In this document: positions 1 to 10,297 of the stretch, one piece after another | How positions within the stretch are numbered: position 1 is the first letter of the stretch | Layout: every line of letters begins with the position of its first letter | From: a virus | Lineage: Duplodnaviria > Caudoviricetes | Direction: 5' to 3' (one strand) | Length of the DNA: 64,000 nt | IMG/VR virus record: IMGVR_UViG_2645728028_000002 | Coordinates: 1-64,000 of that record | The notes under the pieces: model-generated | Told to the model about the DNA's origin: nothing | The model's database searches: none | Seen by the model: the letters and a program-made list of their open reading frames with translations, nothing else | Translations under genes and position numbers: made by a program

Positions 1-327
1 TTATTTATTTTTCAGTTTTCCTACGCCATTTTCTATTCCAGCAATTACTTCATCCCTGCTAACTTTGATTCCTTTTTGCTTTAGAATGGCAATAGCCTTA
101 TCTACTGCGAAATCCCGTTTAGCTATACCCTTAGCACCTTTTAATTCTTGCTCTGTATATTCTGCTGCTAAATCAGTGATCATATCAATAATCCCCAGTT
201 CATCTTTCTTCCTGAGTGTGTTGAAATAAGATTTTACTTTATTTACTGCAACAGATAGCAATGTTCCAAGAATGATAACGACTAATTCAATTCCATATTG
301 AGTTAAAGCATCTAATATTACTTCCAT
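1..327 (-). CDS. Phage holin (LL-H-like)
   Basis: 108 aa, single N-terminal TM segment followed by a charged region, directly downstream of the endolysin. Confidence 0.75.
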   Translation of the reverse strand: MEVILDALTQYGIELVVIILGTLLSVAVNKVKSYFNTLRKKDELGIIDMITDLAAEYTEQELKGAKGIAKRDFAVDKAIAILKQKGIKVSRDEVIAGIENGVGKLKNK

Positions 328-348
328 ACTCTTTCACTCCTTATTTGA

Positions 349-1218
349 TTATTTGTTTTTAAGCTCTTCAACTTGTTTCTTTAGTTCATCAATTTGTTTT
401 TGGTAGTCATCTTCAACTTTATTTATGTCTGTATACACCACACGAATAACTTCACTTACAATATCCCATACATAAGCGTTATTCACAGACTTTGTAGGAT
501 TTTGTCCGTCAGTAATTTTCAAGTTTACAAGTTTTTTAACTTTGTCACTCATAACATATTCCTCCTTTGGTTTCTGTTCAGGATTAGGTTTAGATTCTTG
601 TTTGCTTTCTTGCTTATCTTCAATTTCAAACTTAATTCCATACCAACGGCACACAGACTTTGCGTTAACTAGAGCGCAGCGTTTTCTATAATCACTAGAC
701 TTAAGTAATTTTAGAGCATCAGGATTTGTCATGAATTCCCATTCAACAAGAACAAAATTAGCATGAGTTTCCCGACACATATGTAAATCAGTCCATGTCT
801 TTGGAACGGATGGAAATAATCCTGAACCCCATATAGGATATTTCTCACGATCAGGAAATTCTTTTTTATATTCATCTAAGATGATTTCTGCTAACTTCTT
901 AGCTTCCTTGCTAGTGTGCCAATAAAATACACCGAAACCTCGCACAGAAGACTTTCCATTTGCATTAGCATGATTTGAAATACCAATAGCATCTCTGTGT
1001 TTTGCATATTGCGCATTGTATAAATTTGTTCTTTTTGCTAATGGAACGTCTAAACCATCGAAAGGCTGCGCTTCATAAGTGGGAACTTTTCCTTGAAGAA
1101 GTATTTTTGTTTCTTTACCAACTGCACTATTGAACTCAAATTCAGCCATAGTAGGAACGCCTTTACTTGGAGGGTATGTATTCCTTCCATGTCCAACATC
1201 ATTTTTTAATAACGGCAT
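349..1218 (-). CDS. Endolysin, N-acetylmuramoyl-L-alanine amidase (Amidase_3)
   Basis: Zn-amidase motifs DVGHG, E (MAEFEFN), SNHANA, LVEWEFMTN; linker and C-terminal coiled coil; located between two holin-like genes. Confidence 0.9.
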   Translation of the reverse strand: MPLLKNDVGHGRNTYPPSKGVPTMAEFEFNSAVGKETKILLQGKVPTYEAQPFDGLDVPLAKRTNLYNAQYAKHRDAIGISNHANANGKSSVRGFGVFYWHTSKEAKKLAEIILDEYKKEFPDREKYPIWGSGLFPSVPKTWTDLHMCRETHANFVLVEWEFMTNPDALKLLKSSDYRKRCALVNAKSVCRWYGIKFEIEDKQESKQESKPNPEQKPKEEYVMSDKVKKLVNLKITDGQNPTKSVNNAYVWDIVSEVIRVVYTDINKVEDDYQKQIDELKKQVEELKNK

Positions 1219-1241
1219 TGTAATTCACCTCTTATAATTAT

Positions 1242-1538
1242 TTATTTATCGAATTTCTCAATTTTTTCCCATACATCATTAAATCCGTCATCCATACGTT
1301 TTTCTAATGAATGTAGACTTCCCTCAATTTTTTCAAGTGTTCTAGAGGTTCTTTCTTGAGTTTCGTTTGACTTTTCTAAATGAACCATTAATTTATTTTC
1401 ACGTTCTTTTGAGTCTGCCTTATGTTCGTCATAATTTTTATTGATCCATTTGTAAAATACGTACAATACAATGATGAACAGTAAAGCAAATGTATACTCT
1501 GATGAAACAATACTCTCAGCAATTTTGAATTCTGGCAT
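1242..1538 (-). CDS. bhlA: BhlA/UviB-family holin-like protein
   Basis: FALLFIIVLYVF TM segment followed by SKERENKLM coiled coil; lysis cassette position as in SPbeta. Confidence 0.8.
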   Translation of the reverse strand: MPEFKIAESIVSSEYTFALLFIIVLYVFYKWINKNYDEHKADSKERENKLMVHLEKSNETQERTSRTLEKIEGSLHSLEKRMDDGFNDVWEKIEKFDK

Positions 1539-1571
1539 CTTAAATCAACGCTCCTAAAATTTATTTAATTA

Positions 1572-1600
1572 TTTACATTTCACCACCCCCATGTTATAAT
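1572..1600 (+). promoter_or_regulatory. SigA-type promoter antisense to the late operon
   Basis: TTTACA-17bp-TATAAT with extended -10 TG. Confidence 0.6.
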
Positions 1601-1606
1601 CAGAGT

Positions 1607-1668
1607 GTGGTACATACTGCCATGACAAAAAGGACTGCTTCCTCAACCGTTGCAGTCCTTTTCCTTTT
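1607..1668 (+). ncRNA. Putative ~60 nt small RNA
   Basis: Lies between the promoter at 1572-1600 and hairpin AAAAGGACTGC...GCAGTCCTTTT plus T-run; no ORF. Confidence 0.4.
1627..1668. terminator. Bidirectional intrinsic terminator
   Basis: 11-bp stem AAAAGGACTGC/GCAGTCCTTTT with A/T runs on both sides. Confidence 0.7.
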
Positions 1669-1834
1669 GTTCAATTGTCAGAACTTTTATTTCCTTCTAT
1701 TTACTCTTTCATTCTCTTGTTTTTGTTTGACTGTTTCGTATAAAAGACATCTTTTATAGAGATTTAACTATTACATATTTTCATCCAATACTACATTTAG
1801 ACATTAAAAATACACCTGCATGTTAATGGTGTTT

Positions 1835-3187
1835 TTAATCAAATATTTTTATATTCCTAAAAGTGACATCCGTTAAAGTTAAAGGTACATCAGAAACATA
1901 AGCATGATATAACTTATTGTAAGGTGTACTTCCTTCTGCTTGCCTTATAAAAGTTTTGGATCTAGCAAGATTAGTAGTAAGAATTGTCAAAAGGGTTGTT
2001 AATGTTTGTCCTGTCACTGGGTTTCTTTGTACCACTTCCTGCGCTCTTGGAATATCGTAATCAATCGTATTAGGCGTTGTCGGAACAGACCAACGCTTTG
2101 GGAAAACCAATTCATTAAAAGCTCTATTCGTACAAGTCATATTTATGTAAAGGGTAGATATGTTCATGCTGCCGAAAAGTCGAGCAGTGAATGAATAAGT
2201 ACCGTCATATGTTAAATCTGTAATTGTTTCAGAAGTTAGTTTATTACGAAGATTAGTTTCTTGAATAAGAATGATCTTCTTAGCAGATTTAAACTCACCG
2301 ATATTCAAATTGGTTTCAACATTATCACATGCCCATTTAAGACTTATGCGTGTTTCCCCACCGTGATAAGAACCAGTTAATTTATAATCATCCTCATCCC
2401 TCATGGCGTAATCATTTGCACCTGGATTTTCAATGTAATGGGTTGTAGTTTGTCGAAAACGGAAATAATCATATTCTCTGCCTTCTACCTTGTTTTTTAG
2501 TTCCGTGGTATTTACACCGATAACATTGAACTTCTTAGCATTTGCAGAGGAAACAACTTTTATGGTATGAATACCTTCAGATGCAAAAGTTATCTTATGA
2601 TCAAACAATTCGTTACCACTTGCTATATATAAATTTAGTGTAGCAACTTGAACATTATCTACAAATATATTTGCAGCACTATCAGATTGGGAAGATTTAA
2701 TAAAAGAAATAACGCTTGTAAGATCACTTTTTTCAACTGTTACTTCAAACTCTATAAAATCTCCTGCTAAAGTAGATCCACTATCATTAACCCAAAACTT
2801 ATTGGTCATTCCGTTAAATATGGCTGTGCTTTCTCTAATATTAGCACTCGCACTTTTGTAAGCTCGTTTACTCAGATAAACTTTGTCACATTCCCAAACA
2901 GTAGTTAGACGCATTAATTCTCCGGGCTTTCCAGCATCTCCACTTCCCGATACGGCCTGATCATCTCGAAAACGCAGTGTTACATATCCTGCGCCCGTTT
3001 GCTTAGGAGAAAGTATATTGTATTCAGTTGCTGATATTCGTGTAATTATTTTTTCGTTAATTCTACCACCGAATTGAGGGAGAATTGATGGTATATCAGC
3101 CAACTGCGCATTAATTTGTGGTATCTGATTTAACTCATTTTGTACGCTTGAATCTAACATTTGCTTTTGTATTTTTGTTAAAGCCAT
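1835..3187 (-). CDS. Putative tail fibre / accessory receptor-binding protein
   Basis: 450 aa; short N-terminal helical anchor (QINAQLAD), beta-rich body; follows the tail spike gene. Confidence 0.5.
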   Translation of the reverse strand: MALTKIQKQMLDSSVQNELNQIPQINAQLADIPSILPQFGGRINEKIITRISATEYNILSPKQTGAGYVTLRFRDDQAVSGSGDAGKPGELMRLTTVWECDKVYLSKRAYKSASANIRESTAIFNGMTNKFWVNDSGSTLAGDFIEFEVTVEKSDLTSVISFIKSSQSDSAANIFVDNVQVATLNLYIASGNELFDHKITFASEGIHTIKVVSSANAKKFNVIGVNTTELKNKVEGREYDYFRFRQTTTHYIENPGANDYAMRDEDDYKLTGSYHGGETRISLKWACDNVETNLNIGEFKSAKKIILIQETNLRNKLTSETITDLTYDGTYSFTARLFGSMNISTLYINMTCTNRAFNELVFPKRWSVPTTPNTIDYDIPRAQEVVQRNPVTGQTLTTLLTILTTNLARSKTFIRQAEGSTPYNKLYHAYVSDVPLTLTDVTFRNIKIFD

Positions 3188-3347
3188 TAAATCACTTCCT
3201 TTACGTGATTCCTCTATATATTAAAAAGGTTTGTAAAAAATGAATTATTTAAACCACTTAATATCAAGGTTTATTAATCAGAATTCACAAACTTAAATAG
3301 AAGATAGAGGAAAGCTGATCCCTCTTTGTTGAGCAGTTTCTTCCTAC

Positions 3348-5867
3348 TTATGATCCAAATGGACTTACTATATGCCAAGCAAATTGAGCATTGATATTTG
3401 GATCAGCATTCACATTAATTCTGAACGATGTGCTAGTTACATTATTAATCCAAAATTTATACGCTGCCCCCATACCGTCAATAGACACTACAGAAATATT
3501 TCTTGCTGCAGGCGTTACATCTAATCCGTGTGCAATATCAATAAAGGTTGTACCATTTAATATAGTACCTATCCCATCTGATTCTGTTTTAAAACCATGA
3601 TTATCCTTTATTATTGCATTTGTAGTAAATCCTGCCAGTTCAATTGTCTTACCGATAAAACTACCTGTTGATGATGTTCTAAACCTATTACCAGTAATGA
3701 TCGCCCCTGTACTGTCTGCAAAGTAGAAGCCCTTCGTTGCGACTGCTTGGGCTAATACTGTGTTATCGGTTGTGGTATGTCCCGATCCTACTTTTTGAAT
3801 ATCTAACAATGGATGATTTTGTGCCGTTTCAACTCGAATATCATTATTTGAATATCTTGCGTGTTGCCATCCACCTGTTGCTGTGGAAGGGACTCTAACA
3901 ATCATTCCACCCAAGTTATCTCCGATACTTTTTACTGTTATGTGATTATTCGTAAGTTTAAATGCTTGAATATCCCCATTTCCAGTTTTATCGATGAAGT
4001 GACCTTTATCGAGAAGTACCACGTTATTATCTATTAAATGACCGTTTTGAAGGCTAGTTCCGTTCATTAATATAGCCGCTCCGCTATGCTCACCGTAAAA
4101 TTGATTACTTTGGATTATGGCTTGCCTGCCGTTGATTTTAATTAAACTAGCTCCAGTAGTACCGAAGAAAGAATCTCCCCCACGAAATAGACAGCCTACT
4201 ACACGATTTTGAGTTTGAAGTGTCAATCCAAGCTGTTTATTTTGCCAAAACATACATCCATTAAATCCGCATCGCTCCACAGTACCATTAATACCAATTC
4301 GATTGTAATTGAACTTTGTACCATGAAAATCTACATCCAGTAAAGTGCCATCTAAACCAATGTCGTTATATCGGAAATCGTTAACGCCAAAGTTAGGATG
4401 CTCGTTTTGTACCCACATACCAACATTGTTGTACCAAAAGCGATTCCCATGAACAGGAACATAACGAACATGATTGTTTAATCGGACTGCAATATTTAAA
4501 TAAGCAAAATAGCAATCTTGAATAAAAAATTGTTGTACCCAATTTTCGCCTATTGCTCCAAAATCAATACCATTCACTGTCGCTTTCCCATCAGGCTGAT
4601 AGTTTAAACTGCCCCCATTCCCTATAATAGACATCCCTTTAAATCCACCAAACTCAACTGTTGCAACTTGGCTTATTTGAAAGATTGCCAACCCGTTAAC
4701 AGCATTTGTAGGCGGTTTAATGACAGTTGCCCCTGCTCCTGCCCCTTGCCAATACACGCAAGGGTCAAAAACAACACCTTGCACTCTGTAAGTACCGGGA
4801 GGAATAAGAACTACTCCACCGCCCTTCGACAAAATAAAATCGTGAGCCGCTTGGAATGCTATTGTATCATTCGCAATACCATCTCCTCTTGCCCCGAAAC
4901 TTCTTACGTTTATTGCAATATCAGTTACATGATCTTTAAGAATATTATAATTTTTAAGCTTTGTTACATCTAACTCGTCCTGTCCACCAATTTCATGAAC
5001 GGAATTGTGTTTTTTAGTGATACTTATTGTTCCTTCATACCACTTAGCAAATACAACTGTGCCTGCTGGAACACCTTCAGATAATGTGATAGTAGTTGAG
5101 TTTGTCTCAACATATCCTTGACCACTTACCTGTGGAACCCCACCAACCCAAACCTCAATATTGCTCTCTCCAACAACATAATTCCCATTTGTGATAGTGA
5201 ATACTTTTTGACCTTCAGTGGCAGTCCATGTTCTTTTGTTCATTGTTGCCTGTGGTGAAATAGTAGTCCAATATGTACCATTTAATGGAGTAATGCCAGC
5301 CGCAGCATTTAGAATACAAATGTAATTTATTCCACCATATGTAACAACGTTCCCACTTTTATAGGCTTTGGTTGGATTGTATTCTCCTTTATGTCCTAAG
5401 TTATCTCCCTGCTCTCTAGCGTAATCGCCTGCAGAGATAGCGTCATTTTTAACTTGATCAACTTCAACAAATAACTGCTGAATCAGTGTCATATCCTTAG
5501 AGGTATCTACATCTTTCTCACTGTCTATTAATATTTTCACTTTAAAAGGTCTGGTAGATATTCTATCTCCATCACTATCATGGAACTGGAGAGTAACACT
5601 TAAATCTCCAGTAATTTGCATTTCAGTTGAACCAAAGTTATATACAATTTTTCCGTCTAAAACAGAAGCAAGACCTGAGACAACTAATCCATCAGGTCTT
5701 GTTAAAAGAACATGTACAGTATTAATATTTGTTAAATCATATGGTTTCCCTTCATCGTATATAGAAAACACCAGTTTCGCAGAATCGTTTTGAACAAAAA
5801 CTGGAACTTGAGTAGAAGTCGCTCTCTTGAAATCCAATATGAGGTAATATTCATTCTTTAATGCCAT
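3348..5867 (-). CDS. Tail spike: BppU-like baseplate anchor plus pectate-lyase-like beta-helix (depolymerase)
   Basis: N-terminal FVQND...DEGKPYDL (BppU-like); INVRSFGARGDGIANDTIAFQAA...GGGVVLIPPGTY (Pectate_lyase_3 start); Asn/Gly-rich beta-helix repeats. Confidence 0.85.
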   Translation of the reverse strand: MALKNEYYLILDFKRATSTQVPVFVQNDSAKLVFSIYDEGKPYDLTNINTVHVLLTRPDGLVVSGLASVLDGKIVYNFGSTEMQITGDLSVTLQFHDSDGDRISTRPFKVKILIDSEKDVDTSKDMTLIQQLFVEVDQVKNDAISAGDYAREQGDNLGHKGEYNPTKAYKSGNVVTYGGINYICILNAAAGITPLNGTYWTTISPQATMNKRTWTATEGQKVFTITNGNYVVGESNIEVWVGGVPQVSGQGYVETNSTTITLSEGVPAGTVVFAKWYEGTISITKKHNSVHEIGGQDELDVTKLKNYNILKDHVTDIAINVRSFGARGDGIANDTIAFQAAHDFILSKGGGVVLIPPGTYRVQGVVFDPCVYWQGAGAGATVIKPPTNAVNGLAIFQISQVATVEFGGFKGMSIIGNGGSLNYQPDGKATVNGIDFGAIGENWVQQFFIQDCYFAYLNIAVRLNNHVRYVPVHGNRFWYNNVGMWVQNEHPNFGVNDFRYNDIGLDGTLLDVDFHGTKFNYNRIGINGTVERCGFNGCMFWQNKQLGLTLQTQNRVVGCLFRGGDSFFGTTGASLIKINGRQAIIQSNQFYGEHSGAAILMNGTSLQNGHLIDNNVVLLDKGHFIDKTGNGDIQAFKLTNNHITVKSIGDNLGGMIVRVPSTATGGWQHARYSNNDIRVETAQNHPLLDIQKVGSGHTTTDNTVLAQAVATKGFYFADSTGAIITGNRFRTSSTGSFIGKTIELAGFTTNAIIKDNHGFKTESDGIGTILNGTTFIDIAHGLDVTPAARNISVVSIDGMGAAYKFWINNVTSTSFRINVNADPNINAQFAWHIVSPFGS

Positions 5868-5892
5868 TATCTCAACTCCTTAGTGGCAATTG

Positions 5893-6030
5893 TTAAATTA
5901 TTTGCTCTTGCGGTGTAGCTAAAATCTGTTCAGCTTGTTCCTGTGTAATAAATTTCTTAGCGACATAACTGTTCACTTGCTGCTCTGATAAATTTCCGAA
6001 CACCCACATATTTAAAATAAATTGATACAT
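5893..6030 (-). CDS. xkdX: XkdX-family small protein (not in ORF track)
   Basis: 45 aa MYQFILNMWVFGNLSEQQVNSYVAKKFITQEQAEQILATPQEQII; AAGGAGG RBS; V..K.IT.EQ...I motif. Confidence 0.75.
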   Translation of the reverse strand: MYQFILNMWVFGNLSEQQVNSYVAKKFITQEQAEQILATPQEQII

Positions 6031-6050
6031 TATTATTATTCCTCCTTAAT

Positions 6051-6368
6051 TTACATTGGCATAGAGTCCATTAATGAAATAATAGCCAATTCTGCTATCT
6101 CTAATCTTGATCTAAGTTCTGCATTTTCTTGCGTTAGCCTATCTTTTTCGCTGATACATTCTGATTTTTTATCTGAATTGATAATTTCCTCTGTCATTGT
6201 ATCACCCTTAATTACTTCAACTGTGTCATCGACAATTGAATATTGTACTTTTACTCCTAAAAGAGATCCCTCTACCCAAAAGATATTGTCATCTTCTACA
6301 TATGGCTTTTGTACATTGTCAATTACATCAATAACTGTTTTGTTTGCATCATATAATAATATTTTCAT
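6051..6368 (-). CDS. Tail fibre assembly/chaperone-like protein (XkdW-like position)
   Basis: 105 aa with C-terminal coiled coil, directly upstream of xkdX. Confidence 0.5.
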   Translation of the reverse strand: MKILLYDANKTVIDVIDNVQKPYVEDDNIFWVEGSLLGVKVQYSIVDDTVEVIKGDTMTEEIINSDKKSECISEKDRLTQENAELRSRLEIAELAIISLMDSMPM

Positions 6369-6382
6369 AGGTTTAATCTCTC

Positions 6383-9300
6383 CTACGCATAAGTAATTTC
6401 CAAAGTAGCTGAGATACTAAACTTTGCATAATTGCTTGATGAAGTTGAATCAACATATATTCCAATACCCTTGTAAGTTCCATTTTGGAATCCTGCATAA
6501 AAGCTACTTGGCAGAGTAACCCATTTAGATTCTCCCCATCTAAATGAAGCTGGATATGCTTGAATACTCGGATAAGAAGGTTGACCAGCAGGTAAACTTG
6601 TATAATTGTGCGGTCTAAAATAACAATTTACTGCTCCAGAACTTCCTCCATTATTTAATCTTGTAACTTTAATTCTTATTGACTTTATAGTTTTACCTGT
6701 TACTGTTGAAGAAGGGGAAGAGCCGAATATCCATAATCCACGATATACTCCATATCCACCATAATATCCCTGAACAACTGTATTTCCGTTCAACCAACTT
6801 CCACCAAAATTATCTCTCCATGCATTCCCTGTAGTTGATCCAAATCTTTTTGTTGTCTCAACAGGACTAGGAGGTGAAGGAGGAGTTATTGTAGGATAGG
6901 TATATGTAGCATGAATCTGTCCACCATGAGAAGCAGATGAGTTGGCTGAAGAGCCTAATGGTGCTTTACCTGTTCCAACAGCAAATCCACCTTGAGCATA
7001 GACTCCATACTGTGAAGCTTGACCAGTAGTATCCTCAATCCATGCAGTTGATCCGTATCTTGCACAAATCCCTAGAGTTACATTACGTACATCACAGTTT
7101 ATTATTTGACCAAACCCACTCTGCAGAATATCAAAACCACGTTCTGAATTATTGCCGTATAGATTAATATACTCAAATACCGCATAGTTATTTTGAAATG
7201 ATGATACGACAGAGTAACTGCTAGGTCTTCCGTTAATAGTGAAATTTCTAAACCTAATGTTTATTAGATTTCCACCTGCTGAAAGATTCCCAACAATTTT
7301 AGTGGAGTTTTGCCTTTGACCATCTATTGTGATTGAACCCTTACCTGTATAACCCCTAAGAGCAATATCTTCATATAAAACTGAATCTGCAGCTATCCAA
7401 ATTTGACAGTTACCATCATAAGAAGCAGGTATTCTCCTTAGAGCCTCCGTGATACTTGCTAATGGGGCATACCAACTAGTTCCATGATTTTCATCATCTG
7501 GAGCAACTGAACCTGTATACTCAGTTAAAATTCTATCAGACACATAGAAAACAAGGTTTTCTGCAGAGTAAGTTACAATTGAAGGCGATTCTAACTTAGC
7601 AACATAGAGTTGATCAAATCCTCTTCTTTCAGCATCAAGGTCTACGGAAATCTCTCCAAATTCATTTAATATCTTGAGGTTTCCATTTCCATTTCCTTCT
7701 CCACCAAGAGTAATTTGACCGCCTTTCATTACATCGAAGGCTAGTGTTCCAAGAATAGTGGTGAAAGCACTAAAGTCAATTGTCTTTGTCTCGGCATCAA
7801 TTAATGTGATTGGATTTTCATCACCAGTAATAATTTTTAATCTCTTTGCCACTAAATCATTAGCAGTTAATTTACCGTTTGAATCAACATAAAAAACATC
7901 TGTCCATTCGGAAGATGCTATATCTTTTACTTGTATTTTGATTCCCTCAGTTGCATTAAGAATTGTCTTAACTAAATCATCTGATGAAGTGGCTGTGAAT
8001 CCTTCTTCTGGTGATATTCTAATTCCGTTATCAATATCAGTTGAGTCTGAATTGCTTACAAGTCTAAATGAAGCATTTTCAATTGTGACTCCTTCATTGT
8101 TGAATAGGAATTTACCACTGTCATTTTCAAGAGTCAATAATTGACCAATGAGAATTTTACCGATGATTTGCTCTCCCACGATTCCTGAGCCTGTAATCGC
8201 ATGTTTAAAAGTTAATCCACCATCATCAGACACAGCAAGAATGCCATTATTTGCTCTAAGTACCAATAAAGGATCATCAGGACTTGTAATTGTGATACCT
8301 CTACGATTAATTTCAACTGAATTATTTAATCCTGCTTTTAATTCTCTTGCTGCAGCATCCCAAATATTATTAATTAACTCTTCAACCGAGTTTCCTGTAT
8401 CCGTAATTGTGTCATATTTATGTTTGTTCATTTGCAGTGTAGTGGAAGTGGACATAGCATTTGACAAAATATCTTTTACAATATCATCGGCATTATTAAT
8501 ATCTAGTATGTCGGAAATGACAATATCAATATCTGTATCATCTTCGCCATTTCGATTTACTTCTAGCAACCTTAACTTTGCATCTATTCCAAACTTCTCG
8601 TAGTGTACAGTAATAATGTCGCCAGTTTTTAATTTCTTCCAGTCTTTATGGCATTCTACAACATTTAAGAAATTAACAATATTCATATTTAAAACAGTCT
8701 TAGGCTTCCTTAGCTTTTTAAACTGTTTAATTCCGAATTCATATAAATCTTCAGCATCTACAATATTGTCATCAGTTACTTCTTTTGTAATTTCAAATTG
8801 ATTTCTTTCAATGATTTGCTCAGGAGTAAAGTTTGTTTCTAGAGAAAGGGAAGTTTGCAACTCTCTAATTGAATTCATTACTGCATCTACTTCTGCTTGA
8901 GCAGTATCTACCTCAGCTTTCTTAGCATCAACTTCTCCTTGTTTAATTACTTCGTTATATTTCTTAATTAAGTCTGCTTCATTGTCTGCCGTTTCCATTT
9001 CTTCAGGTGTAATTTGGAATCCAATGAAATCCCAATCTACCGCACCTTTACCCGATACGACAATTTTATATTCTTCTCCACCAGTAAATTTTTCAACTAC
9101 TTGCCATTCTCCAACATTTAGATCTTTAACAACATCATTAAATTTAAATGTTAAATCTGTTTTTGAAGAGATAATTCCCATTAAAACGTAACTTTTATTT
9201 GGAACTATATTACATGGGAAAGTTTCAGGTATAGTGTTTGCTTTACGTGAGTATTTTTGTCTTGTATACGTTCCTAGTGCTTGTTGAGAGACTACAATAT

Positions 9301-10282
9301 CCTGAATACGGATTAATTCTGCTTCAAGAGTATCATATTCATTTTGAATAGTTGTTAGCATTTCTTGTTTCGATTTAAGATCAGTAAGTAAATTACTGAA
9401 TGTATCTCTACTTGCTTCAATTTTATTATTATAGTCAATAATTGCATGACACAAGTCGTCTTCCATATAAGCACTATGACTAATTACATTCCTATTTTCA
9501 TCTCTATCAAAGTCATCTAGGAAATATGAGAAGTCTTCAATATATCCTGAACCTGTAGGATTTACAGTATGTAGAGATAATCCCTCTGAACCATAAACTT
9601 CAAGCTGTGTAACCATTTCATCTGCGTCTTCAGTTTTATTTAAAGACTTAAGATATTTTCCATAACTGATACGAAGACCTTTATCTTCTCCGATATTTTC
9701 TTCTTCCCAAAAATTAATTCTCCTGTTTACTGTATCCCATTCAATCAAAGCTCCAAAAGTTTTTGCTAGTTCGTAAATACCATTCAAGTCAGTACCAGTG
9801 TGTTCAAAGGTGCGAAATTTAGTGAGGAAATATTCGTCAACATGACCTATACTCCAAATTGAATTACTTAATAAGGCATTTCCGATGTCCTCTAAATTTT
9901 CACTTTCTCTTTTAAACTCTCGTACTGTTTTATCATTTAATTCATATCCAAGACTAAAGATTGTAACTTTCTTGAAGTCAGAATCATCCATACTATCCTC
10001 AATTTGACGTATCACAAACCACTCTTCATAATCGCCTTCAACAGCCTTAATGAGAAATCTTGGTCTAATTTTATCTATATTTGGATTTTTAATTATTTCA
10101 TCTTTAACTTGGATATCATAAGGAATCTCAAAATTAATCTCACTGATATGAGAAAATTTAAGGTTAAAGGAAGGGATTTTAGCCTCTTTAAGTGAAGCAA
10201 TAATATCCCTATTCATATTTGGTTTTGCTAAGTACAGCTTTATTTCATTCGGCTTTAAATTTGAATTAATTGCCCCTAGCAT
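6383..10282 (-). CDS. Tail-associated (Tal/endopeptidase-like) baseplate hub protein, YomG-like
   Basis: 1299 aa; prophage tail signature (YGKYLKSLNKTEDADEMVTQLEVYG), coiled coils, C-terminal receptor-like domain; follows Dit. Confidence 0.85.
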   Translation of the reverse strand: MLGAINSNLKPNEIKLYLAKPNMNRDIIASLKEAKIPSFNLKFSHISEINFEIPYDIQVKDEIIKNPNIDKIRPRFLIKAVEGDYEEWFVIRQIEDSMDDSDFKKVTIFSLGYELNDKTVREFKRESENLEDIGNALLSNSIWSIGHVDEYFLTKFRTFEHTGTDLNGIYELAKTFGALIEWDTVNRRINFWEEENIGEDKGLRISYGKYLKSLNKTEDADEMVTQLEVYGSEGLSLHTVNPTGSGYIEDFSYFLDDFDRDENRNVISHSAYMEDDLCHAIIDYNNKIEASRDTFSNLLTDLKSKQEMLTTIQNEYDTLEAELIRIQDIVVSQQALGTYTRQKYSRKANTIPETFPCNIVPNKSYVLMGIISSKTDLTFKFNDVVKDLNVGEWQVVEKFTGGEEYKIVVSGKGAVDWDFIGFQITPEEMETADNEADLIKKYNEVIKQGEVDAKKAEVDTAQAEVDAVMNSIRELQTSLSLETNFTPEQIIERNQFEITKEVTDDNIVDAEDLYEFGIKQFKKLRKPKTVLNMNIVNFLNVVECHKDWKKLKTGDIITVHYEKFGIDAKLRLLEVNRNGEDDTDIDIVISDILDINNADDIVKDILSNAMSTSTTLQMNKHKYDTITDTGNSVEELINNIWDAAARELKAGLNNSVEINRRGITITSPDDPLLVLRANNGILAVSDDGGLTFKHAITGSGIVGEQIIGKILIGQLLTLENDSGKFLFNNEGVTIENASFRLVSNSDSTDIDNGIRISPEEGFTATSSDDLVKTILNATEGIKIQVKDIASSEWTDVFYVDSNGKLTANDLVAKRLKIITGDENPITLIDAETKTIDFSAFTTILGTLAFDVMKGGQITLGGEGNGNGNLKILNEFGEISVDLDAERRGFDQLYVAKLESPSIVTYSAENLVFYVSDRILTEYTGSVAPDDENHGTSWYAPLASITEALRRIPASYDGNCQIWIAADSVLYEDIALRGYTGKGSITIDGQRQNSTKIVGNLSAGGNLINIRFRNFTINGRPSSYSVVSSFQNNYAVFEYINLYGNNSERGFDILQSGFGQIINCDVRNVTLGICARYGSTAWIEDTTGQASQYGVYAQGGFAVGTGKAPLGSSANSSASHGGQIHATYTYPTITPPSPPSPVETTKRFGSTTGNAWRDNFGGSWLNGNTVVQGYYGGYGVYRGLWIFGSSPSSTVTGKTIKSIRIKVTRLNNGGSSGAVNCYFRPHNYTSLPAGQPSYPSIQAYPASFRWGESKWVTLPSSFYAGFQNGTYKGIGIYVDSTSSSNYAKFSISATLEITYA

Positions 10283-10297
10283 ACCTTCACCTCCTAT

